DNA of 64,000 nucleotides from contig CAMYMF010000005.1 in assembly GCA_947259355.1 (NCBI GenBank), positions 43,654 through 107,653 on the forward strand. The letters are read 5' to 3'. Origin of the DNA: an uncultured Nitrospirota bacterium. GTDB taxonomy: Bacteria > CG2-30-53-67. The stretch's first letter is position 1; each line of letters begins with the position of its first letter. The notes below the pieces were generated by a model. It made no database searches. It saw only the letters and a list, made by a program, of their open reading frames with translations, and was not told the DNA's origin. Made by a program: the position numbers and the translations under genes. This document shows, one piece after another, positions 46,605 to 54,611 of the stretch.

Positions 46605-47378
46605 ATGCGAATCCTCTTTCTCGGAACCGGAACGTCATCGGGGGTGCCTTCCATTCTCTGCGACTGCCCCGTGTGCTGCTCGCCCAACCCGAAGAACAAG
46701 CGGCTCCGCTCCTCCATTCTGGTCACACTGAACGGACGCAACATTCTCGTCGACACGGCCACGGATCTCCGAGAGCAGGCCCTGCGCTACCGGGTGGGAC
46801 GGGTGGACGCCGTCCTCTTTACCCATGCCCATGCCGATCATGTGCACGGCATCGACGAAATCAGGATCTTCAGCTACCACAACGCTGCCCCCGTGCCCTG
46901 TTACGGAAACGAAGAAACCATCGCCACCATCCATCGGCAGTTTCCATACATCTTCGTTCCTGATAACGAGCGGGAGAGTTTTGTCCCCCGGATCACGACC
47001 CATGTCACCCAAGGGCCTTTTCAGCTTTTCGAGCGACAAATCGTGCCCGTACCCATCGGACACGGGAAGCAGACCATCCTGGGTTATCGCATCGGGGGGT
47101 TTGCCTATCTGGGCGACTGCAATAGCATCCCTCCGGAGAGCGAAGCGCTGTTGCAGGAACTCGATGTGCTGGTGCTCGACGCCTTGCGTGACTCTCCACA
47201 CCCGACACACTTCTCTCTCGATCAAGCCGTGGCGGCAGCCCGACGAATTCGGCCAAAGCAGACCTTCTTCACCCACATGGCCCACCAACTCGATCACGAT
47301 CAAGTCAACCGGAACCTGCCGTCGGACATGGCCCTGGCCTATGACGGCCAGGTCCTCGAACTCAACGAACCGTTCTGA
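46605..47378 (+). CDS. MBL-fold metallo-hydrolase (PhnP/GPMB-like)
   Basis: MRILFLGTGTSSGVPSILCDCPVC...LFTHAHADHVHG. Confidence 0.75.
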   Translation: MRILFLGTGTSSGVPSILCDCPVCCSPNPKNKRLRSSILVTLNGRNILVDTATDLREQALRYRVGRVDAVLFTHAHADHVHGIDEIRIFSYHNAAPVPCYGNEETIATIHRQFPYIFVPDNERESFVPRITTHVTQGPFQLFERQIVPVPIGHGKQTILGYRIGGFAYLGDCNSIPPESEALLQELDVLVLDALRDSPHPTHFSLDQAVAAARRIRPKQTFFTHMAHQLDHDQVNRNLPSDMALAYDGQVLELNEPF

Positions 47379-47381
47379 GCT

Positions 47382-49094
47382 ATGAACCCAACCGTCCCGG
47401 CACATGAATCGCCCGTCCTGGAAAAAGAAAGCACGCTGCACGTGCTCCGCTCGTCGCTCCGAGAGAAGACCAAGGAGTGGAAAGAGGGGGCCCGGGGTGA
47501 CGGATTCATCATCATTCAAATCGACGGACTGCCCCATCAAATTTTGATGAAGGCCGTCTCCGAGGGCCATATGCCCTATCTCCAGAACCTGCTGGCCTCG
47601 GGGCGCTTCAATGTCAGCCGATACCGCTGCGGCATCCCGGGCAACACCCCGGCGGCGCAGAGCGGCATCATGTACGGAGAGAATCAGGGGATCCCCGCCT
47701 TCCGCTGGCTGCGCAAGAAGGACGACACCCTCATCTCCTTCAAGAACCCGCTATCCGCCCAAATGGTGGAAAGGGAGATCTCCAAAGACAGAGAGGGCAT
47801 ACTCCACAGTGGGAGCAGCTACGTCAACCTGCTCTCCGGCGGCGCCACACGGTCGGTCTTTACCCTCAGCACCTTCTTGACGCAGGACATGCAGAAGCGG
47901 CTCTCCGGCCTGGCCATCTTTCTGCTCATCTTCCTCAATATCGTCCCCCTGGTACGCACCCTTGCCTCCTCCGTGCTGGAGCTGACCCGGGAACTTTTCG
48001 AATACCTGGAGATCCGTATCAAGGGCCGAACGCAGAAGAGCGAGGGGTTCTTTCCGATCGTTCGGATCTTTTCCAATGTGCTCTTCTTCGAGGTGGCCAC
48101 CATGGGCACCCTCATCGACATCAACCGCGGAAAGCGCGCCATCTACCTGACTTATAACGGCTATGACGAGGCCGCGCACCAACGGGGCCCGGAGACCAAA
48201 TATGCCCTGAAGGCGCTGCGCGTGATCGACAAGGGGATTCGCAAAGTGGTGCAGCGAGCGTTCAACAAAAAGCGGGGGATGCGCTATGATGTGTTCGTTC
48301 TCTCCGACCACGGGCAGCACCCTTCCATTCCGTTTCGCTATCAGTACGGTGAATCGCTGGAGGACTTCATCTATTCCAAGGTGAAAGAGGGACGCATCAC
48401 TCAGTACGGCGGGGGTGAACACGTGAAGGATTACCTCATGGTAGCCCTCAGCTCAACATTACACGGCTTTGCAGACCAGAACCTCTTCTTCATGCGGCGG
48501 ATATTCAAGAACTTCGCCCGTTACATCGAAAGCCACATCGGTCAGGAGGAACGCAAAACCTCCAAGGAAAGCATCTCCATTTTGAACTCCAGCCCCATGT
48601 CCAATATCTATTTCAACTTCTCCCCGGACCGAGTCGATCTGGAGGAGATCGAACGGGTCTACCCGGGACTGGTCGGTGCCCTGGTCCGGCATGAAGGGAT
48701 CGGTCTCATCCTCTGTCGCTCCAACGGAGAACCGTTGATTCTCTCCAGACACGGTCGGGTATTCTACCGAAACGGTGCCAAGACGGTCGACGGGGAGGAC
48801 CCCCTGAAGACCTTTGAAGACGCGGAATATATCGAACAGGAAATCCTCGCACAGGCGGCCATCCCGGAGGCAGGGGATCTGGTCCTTTACGGCGCCTACA
48901 GCGACTCGTGGGTCATTAACTTCGAAGAACAGATGGGCGGACACGGCGGGATCGGCGGCATGCAGAACACCCCCTTTATTCTCTACCCCAGCGCGGTGCA
49001 CTTTCCCTTCCGGGAGGTCAAAAACGTGCGGGAACTCCATGAAGTTTTCGCGGGATACTCCGGTCGTTCCTCCGGAGGGCCTGATCATACTTGA
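47382..49094 (+). CDS. alkaline-phosphatase-superfamily (type I phosphodiesterase/nucleotide pyrophosphatase-like) protein with a central membrane segment
   Basis: IIIQIDGLPHQIL...GIPGNTPAAQSGIMYG...LSDHGQ...GGHGG. It starts 3 nt after the MBL gene. Confidence 0.5.
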   Translation: MNPTVPAHESPVLEKESTLHVLRSSLREKTKEWKEGARGDGFIIIQIDGLPHQILMKAVSEGHMPYLQNLLASGRFNVSRYRCGIPGNTPAAQSGIMYGENQGIPAFRWLRKKDDTLISFKNPLSAQMVEREISKDREGILHSGSSYVNLLSGGATRSVFTLSTFLTQDMQKRLSGLAIFLLIFLNIVPLVRTLASSVLELTRELFEYLEIRIKGRTQKSEGFFPIVRIFSNVLFFEVATMGTLIDINRGKRAIYLTYNGYDEAAHQRGPETKYALKALRVIDKGIRKVVQRAFNKKRGMRYDVFVLSDHGQHPSIPFRYQYGESLEDFIYSKVKEGRITQYGGGEHVKDYLMVALSSTLHGFADQNLFFMRRIFKNFARYIESHIGQEERKTSKESISILNSSPMSNIYFNFSPDRVDLEEIERVYPGLVGALVRHEGIGLILCRSNGEPLILSRHGRVFYRNGAKTVDGEDPLKTFEDAEYIEQEILAQAAIPEAGDLVLYGAYSDSWVINFEEQMGGHGGIGGMQNTPFILYPSAVHFPFREVKNVRELHEVFAGYSGRSSGGPDHT

Positions 49095-49206
49095 GCGGTG
49101 GCCCGCGCGTCCACGCTGCACACCCGTGCCAGGCGAAGCGGCGCAGACCTTGCGCCGGAAGCGCTGTTGTCAGGCGCGCCGTTCTGTGATAGATTGAAAT
49201 TATCCG

Positions 49207-50412
49207 ATGCAGGCCGACCCGGACGTGAGCGCCGGTTCCCAAAACGACCCATCTCTGAAGAATTCGATATCCATGGCAGGCCACCCCATTAACCTCACAG
49301 GCGATTTGTCGGACACATCGGTGCCGGAGATATTTCATGCCCTCTCCGTTGCCCGGTCCACCGGTGTCTTTGAATGGACCTGCTTCTCCCGGGAAAAGAA
49401 GGTCTATCTGCACAGCGGTCGGATCGTTTTTGCCTCGTCCAACAGCCGCACCGATCGCCTGGGCGACATCCTCTTCCGAGAGGGTCGGATCAAGGCTCCC
49501 GATTTCATCGAGGCCGCAGGAAAGGTCAGCGAACAAAAGCGGCTCGGTCAGATCCTCATCGAGATGGGGGCGTTGACCAAGGAGGAGATCAAGGAAGGGG
49601 TCATCAATCAGGTGCGCACCATCATCTATGACCTCTTCAACGAGCCCGAAGGGCATTACTCTTTTCACGAGCAGGAGAACCTGCTCCGAGAGGTCATTAC
49701 CCTCGACATCAACACCGCCGAGTTGATCCTCCGGGGCGTTGAGCGGATGACCGACTGGCACCGTATTGTGCAAACCCTGTCAGGGATAGACACTGTTTTC
49801 GAGATGGCCGCTGGTTCGGAGAAGAAACTGGTCGAAATCGCATTGCGCGAGGCAGAGGAGGCGGTGCTCTCACACATCAATGGTCGCAACTCAGTTGCAA
49901 CCATCTGCGCCGACGTGGGGGGCAATGATTTCGAGACCTGCCGCACCCTGATGGCCTTGCTCTGTGCCAATTTAATTCGGCGCATGCAGGACACCGAGAT
50001 CGCTGTGCTTGAGGAGAAGCGGGCCCGGGACTTCTTCGAAAAAACCACTCGCTGTTACAATCTTCTCTTTGCCTATGCTTACCGTTATCTGACGGACAAA
50101 GTGGGCAAGCTGGGGGACCGGAATCTGTCACACTATCTGGAGGAAATCAAAGAGGATCACCCGGTGCTGTTCAAAGGAATCTTTCTACTGCCCGACGGGA
50201 CCCTGGCTTCCGAGGCGCTTCGGGAGAATTTCGAGCGCCTCGACGAAGAGACCCGTAAGCGGGAACTCCTGGCCTGTCTCAAGGGGTTGCTAGCCGCAGA
50301 GCTGGCGGCCATCCGGGAATCCCTGGGAACCACGGAAGAAGCCTTCGTCACCTCCCGCTTGAAAAGCATCATGGAAAACTTGAAGAAGGAGACAGTGCAC
50401 TCTCTTGGCTAG
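49207..50412 (+). CDS. DUF4388 domain-containing protein
   Basis: GDLSDTSVPEIFHALSVARSTGVFEWTCFSREKKVYLHSGRIVFASSNSRTDRLGDILFREGRIKAPDF...LGQILIEMGALTKEEI. The start may be 49273. Confidence 0.6.
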   Translation: MQADPDVSAGSQNDPSLKNSISMAGHPINLTGDLSDTSVPEIFHALSVARSTGVFEWTCFSREKKVYLHSGRIVFASSNSRTDRLGDILFREGRIKAPDFIEAAGKVSEQKRLGQILIEMGALTKEEIKEGVINQVRTIIYDLFNEPEGHYSFHEQENLLREVITLDINTAELILRGVERMTDWHRIVQTLSGIDTVFEMAAGSEKKLVEIALREAEEAVLSHINGRNSVATICADVGGNDFETCRTLMALLCANLIRRMQDTEIAVLEEKRARDFFEKTTRCYNLLFAYAYRYLTDKVGKLGDRNLSHYLEEIKEDHPVLFKGIFLLPDGTLASEALRENFERLDEETRKRELLACLKGLLAAELAAIRESLGTTEEAFVTSRLKSIMENLKKETVHSLG

Positions 50413-53390
50413 CCCCAGCCTCGCCTCTCGAAATCCCCAATGAGCCGCTCGGAAATCTCGCGAACCCGCATCATTTGATCCAGGACAGCCTCTCGCAGAA
50501 GGTCCGGGCTTTGAAATCCCAGAAGAATGGCTGTGTAACGCAAGTCGGTGGCATCACTGATACTCTCTGCATTGATTGTCAGCTTCAAAATACCACTCAC
50601 ATCGGTCAGGTACTTGCGTGCCCGGGCAAGGATTTTGAAATCCGAAGCACGGGCAGGGTCCTTGCGTGCCAGAATCTGAAGCATGCGGGCATCTCCCGGT
50701 TCGAAGATCTCCCAGGCGGCCCGCAGCAGATTGAACAGCAGCGTCATGTCAAACAGACCGCCCGGCCCCTGCTTGAGTCTCACCTCCTCGGTTTCTTCTC
50801 GGTAGGCAGCGATGTCCCGGAACTCGTGAATGATATCACCGATGAGTGTCGTCTTTTCTGCAAAGATCCTCTGCCTGATGATGTCGGATTCAAACCGTGC
50901 CTGCAGGTCGGAGCCGCCGAAAACCGGGCACGCCCCGAGGAGCTGACACCGTTCGACGAAATCAACAGGCGTCTTTTCATCGAGATACTGACCCAAGGCC
51001 TCCAGGGAAAACGCGAACCCCGCGAGCTGGCCGCCGATTTGATGATGGGGCATGGTGCCCAGACGCGCCAGTTCGCTGTGGATCCGGCAGACCGCCCGGT
51101 TCAGCCGGAGCGGGTCGACCCGCTTGGGATCGAAGATGACAAACATATCGTAATCGTTGGTGCAGGCCTCTCCGCGCGCACTGCCGCCCGTTGCATAAAG
51201 GGCCACACCCTGCCGGTCCCAGAGGACCTCGTGCAGACCGACCTCCTGCAGGGCGAAGCGCACGAGGCGCCGGACATAGCGGTCCAGGTAGTCCGTCCGG
51301 GGGAAATTTCCTTCGCGAATTCCCCTCAGGAAGAAGCGGAGCGACTCCAGATCATGGTAATCTGCCAACTTCTGATACCGCACGTGGACGTCCCGATGTC
51401 CGTAGAGGCTGGTGAGCGCGCGCTTGGAAAGCACGCCGAGCCGCACCACGTCGGCGGCCTCGGCATCGGATATGAGACCGCGGGAAACCAATCGGCCGAT
51501 CTTGCGCAGCAGCAGGGGGTTGCGGTAATGGTAAAGAAAGAGATAGGCGAGGACCTGGCCGATGCGTTGGTCGCCGACGGTCTGCCCGCTCTTGAGGATC
51601 GTCTCAATCAGGTCGACGGCAAAAGGAGCCGTGATGGCTTTCAGGAATCGCCGGCACAGGGCCTGCTCTTGGGAAAGAAGTTCGATGAGTTTCTCGCCGT
51701 GAGCCGGCGCCCCAGCGAAATGCTCGCGGAAGATCGCCGACCAGCAGGTTTCGAGTTGGGCCATCTCGCGCCGCCAAGGACCTTCGAGAAAAAGAAGGAA
51801 GAAGCGGACCAGGCTTTCCACATCCCCACCCATGGAACGGAAGTAGCGACGGAGAATCTCCGGTCGGGGGACTTCATACAACCGGTCCATCGCCTCGAAG
51901 AGGAGCCGGCAATAGTGCTCCTCCTCTTCCAGAAAGCCCACGAACTCCGTCCAGGAAACCGCGGGGGTTGAACGTTCGACAATTTCGATGACATCGGCCG
52001 CCGATTGTCCCGGCAGGCCCCATTCGACCTCGACGGCGTCCCGATCCATACGCCGTTTGAAAACCCGTATGAAGTCGACGTATTTCTTGAGTTCCTCCTT
52101 AAAAACCGTGGCCACCTCTTTGAGGCGTCGGGCATAACCGTAATAGTCCCGCAGAAACTCCGTGACGCCTCGGCCGGACCCATTGCGGCCGTAGCCCATC
52201 AGATAGGCCACACGCTCCAGCGCAGGCCGACAGAAGGGGTCCGTATAACGGATCCCCTCTTCCTGGACCAGCGTCAGTTGATAAAGAAATCGCGTCGACT
52301 CCATGAAGGCGATGGCCTCCTGCAGGAAATGGTATTCCCCGGGGAAGCGCGTGTCGGTACGCACCACCGTATCGAAGGCCTTCCAGAAGTGTCCCCCGAT
52401 AATCCCGAGCGTCGCCCGCAGGGCCGACACGATCATCTTCGCCATGCGCAGACCGTCCGCCTTCGGAACGATCTTGCCCGGCTGAGGTCGGTGGGCGATG
52501 AGGGCCCGGATTTCCTCCACCACGCCTCGCACAAAACCGGTGTAATACCGATTGTCTTTCCCCAAGCGATAGGCATAGCGCATGACCACCCGCTCCTGGA
52601 AGGCCTCAAAGAGGGAGATGCTTCCGGTAATGGGAACCGAGCCAAAGAGCTGGGAGATGATCACGAAATTCTTGATGTCCGCTTCCATCAACTTTTCATA
52701 ATCGTCAATGGACGCCGAGAACCACTTGGCACCGGAGTGTTCGGACAGATAGAAATGCATTGGGGTCGCACGCCGGTACATCTCCCGGTTCAGACGGCCG
52801 ATGATGCGGCTAAGCGCCTTGAGATCTCCGCCTTCCCGATGCACAATCCCCACATCAATATCATCTTGGTCCCGCCGCGCCCCCACATGGCAGATCACGA
52901 ATTCGGGAAGGTTCTGTTCGGTCTCCGCCAGCATTTCCAGAAAGACCCGAATCAAGGAGGAGCAGAGGCGGGTGAATCGGGATTCCGCTTCCAGAAGCAT
53001 GGCCCGATAGGCACTCGTGCGGTGGGACCGGCGCGCCACATCCGCCTCCAGCATGTCCATGAGATTCATATTCATGGTGACCAGCAGGAGGGAATAATAG
53101 CAACCGAGAAGGTCAAACGCTTCGGCCCGATCCGTCGCCCGATGACGGATCAGGTCCATCTCCTCAAAACAGAAGGGCGAGACGGCATCGAAGTTGACCA
53201 GCGAGAGCTCTCCACTGGCATCGAGACGGTGCAGCAGTCGCGGGAGATACTCCTCGATGTTGCGCAGGTTCTTCTTGTAATGATTGCCCAGGAGTGCCGC
53301 CCGGTTCAGCCGGGCGCGAAGCCGCTCCTCCGTTTCCTGGCGGGTCCCGTCGACCATGATGTTCCTATGGATGTGGACTCGGAGGCGCAT
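50409..53390 (-). CDS. large (993 aa) GlnE/GlnD-like protein with two nucleotidyltransferase-type domains; function unknown
   Basis: N-half has ICHVGARRDQDDIDVGIV. C-half has YATGGSARGEACTNDYDMFVIFDP (G[GS]...DxD) followed by VRLKQGPGGLFDMTLLFNLL, which resembles the GlnE/GlnD IKxxxGGIRDIEF block. No HD, ACT or PII-like parts seen. Confidence 0.4.
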   Translation of the reverse strand: MRLRVHIHRNIMVDGTRQETEERLRARLNRAALLGNHYKKNLRNIEEYLPRLLHRLDASGELSLVNFDAVSPFCFEEMDLIRHRATDRAEAFDLLGCYYSLLLVTMNMNLMDMLEADVARRSHRTSAYRAMLLEAESRFTRLCSSLIRVFLEMLAETEQNLPEFVICHVGARRDQDDIDVGIVHREGGDLKALSRIIGRLNREMYRRATPMHFYLSEHSGAKWFSASIDDYEKLMEADIKNFVIISQLFGSVPITGSISLFEAFQERVVMRYAYRLGKDNRYYTGFVRGVVEEIRALIAHRPQPGKIVPKADGLRMAKMIVSALRATLGIIGGHFWKAFDTVVRTDTRFPGEYHFLQEAIAFMESTRFLYQLTLVQEEGIRYTDPFCRPALERVAYLMGYGRNGSGRGVTEFLRDYYGYARRLKEVATVFKEELKKYVDFIRVFKRRMDRDAVEVEWGLPGQSAADVIEIVERSTPAVSWTEFVGFLEEEEHYCRLLFEAMDRLYEVPRPEILRRYFRSMGGDVESLVRFFLLFLEGPWRREMAQLETCWSAIFREHFAGAPAHGEKLIELLSQEQALCRRFLKAITAPFAVDLIETILKSGQTVGDQRIGQVLAYLFLYHYRNPLLLRKIGRLVSRGLISDAEAADVVRLGVLSKRALTSLYGHRDVHVRYQKLADYHDLESLRFFLRGIREGNFPRTDYLDRYVRRLVRFALQEVGLHEVLWDRQGVALYATGGSARGEACTNDYDMFVIFDPKRVDPLRLNRAVCRIHSELARLGTMPHHQIGGQLAGFAFSLEALGQYLDEKTPVDFVERCQLLGACPVFGGSDLQARFESDIIRQRIFAEKTTLIGDIIHEFRDIAAYREETEEVRLKQGPGGLFDMTLLFNLLRAAWEIFEPGDARMLQILARKDPARASDFKILARARKYLTDVSGILKLTINAESISDATDLRYTAILLGFQSPDLLREAVLDQMMRVREISERLIGDFERRGWG

Positions 53391-53407
53391 CGCTCCCCGG
53401 CCAGGGG

Positions 53408-54427
53408 TCAGAAGAGCGAGGGATACTCCTTGCTGTCATCCTCCGACGGAGTTGTCTTCTCCTCCGCCGCCGGCTCGGGCTGCGCGGGGAAGCCCTTGAA
53501 GACATACTGACCCAGGACCGAATGATACGCGCTCCACCCATGGGAAGACGGCTCCCCAGCCATGAGACCACGGAAGGCCTGCACTTTGGCATCGAGATCA
53601 TCCAGGGCATGCAAAATGAGCGCCTCCAGGGTCATCGGTTTCACCGGGGAGCCGAACTCCTCGCGGCCGTGGTGAGAGAGCAGCAGGTGTTTGAGCAGAA
53701 CCGCTTTCTCTTCGGGAAAACCGGGAATGGCGCGAATGGCCTCGGACACCCGCTCCACCTCCAGCGCAATGTGACCCAAGAGGCGGCCGCGGTCCGTGTA
53801 ATCAATGCTGCGGGCATAGCTCAGTTCATCCACTTTGCCCACATCGTGAAGCAAGGCGCCTGCCAGCAGGAGATCACGATCGATCTCGGGGAACTGGGGG
53901 GCCGCGCATTCGCACAGCTGAAAGAGGGACAACGTATGCTCCAGAAGCCCCCCCAGATAGGCGTGATGCATCCCTTTCGCCGCGGGTGCCCGCTGAAACT
54001 TGGACCGAAACTCGGGGTTTTCGAACAAGGACTCCACAAGCTTTCGCAGGTGTCGGTCCGTGATCTTGCGGATGGCAGTCATCAGCTCAGCCATCATCTC
54101 TTCGGGGTTACGTTTGGCGGCAGGCAGAAAATCTTCCGGGTTGACCTGAGCATCATCCACGGCGTTGACGGACTGCAGGGTCAGCTGCAGCTTGCCGTTG
54201 TACTCAGTCACCTGCCCGCTCACCCGGACGAAATCGCCGCGGGCGCACTGCCGGGCCACCGCCTCGGCTGCCTCCCACACCTTCCCGTCCATCTCCCCGG
54301 AGCGATCGCCGAGCTTCAGCGTGAGGAAGGGCTTGCCGGCCCGGGTCGTGGCCAGCGTCTTGTTGCGCAGCAGATAGATACCGCTGACCCTCTCGCCTTC
54401 ACGCATCTCTGAGATCAAGCTCGCCAT
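53408..54427 (-). CDS. YhaM-like OB-fold + HD-domain phosphohydrolase / 3'-5' exoribonuclease family protein
   Basis: MASLISEMREGERVSGIYLLRNKTLATTRAGKPFLTLKLGDRSG...GKLQLTL (OB fold). HD motifs are HHAYLGGLLEHTL and ALLHDVGK. Confidence 0.7.
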   Translation of the reverse strand: MASLISEMREGERVSGIYLLRNKTLATTRAGKPFLTLKLGDRSGEMDGKVWEAAEAVARQCARGDFVRVSGQVTEYNGKLQLTLQSVNAVDDAQVNPEDFLPAAKRNPEEMMAELMTAIRKITDRHLRKLVESLFENPEFRSKFQRAPAAKGMHHAYLGGLLEHTLSLFQLCECAAPQFPEIDRDLLLAGALLHDVGKVDELSYARSIDYTDRGRLLGHIALEVERVSEAIRAIPGFPEEKAVLLKHLLLSHHGREEFGSPVKPMTLEALILHALDDLDAKVQAFRGLMAGEPSSHGWSAYHSVLGQYVFKGFPAQPEPAAEEKTTPSEDDSKEYPSLF

Positions 54428-54611
54428 GACGACTCTCCGCAGCATACAGTGCCTGTGGGATATTCCTCATCAGCCGGTTTCGTACTATACCGGTTTCACC
54501 GGAGAAGATCAACAGGGATCGCCGCGCTGGCCACGCCGGAAGGCCACCCCCGGAGGGCGGTTGCCTTCTCCAAACATTTGGCTTAGAATCGGGCGGGTGA
54601 GGAAAGACAAA

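Noticed and set aside
50475-53510. 498-aa and 501-aa plus-strand ORFs
   Set aside because: They are antisense to the 993-aa NTase-like gene. That gene has the protein-like composition and NTase motifs; these do not.
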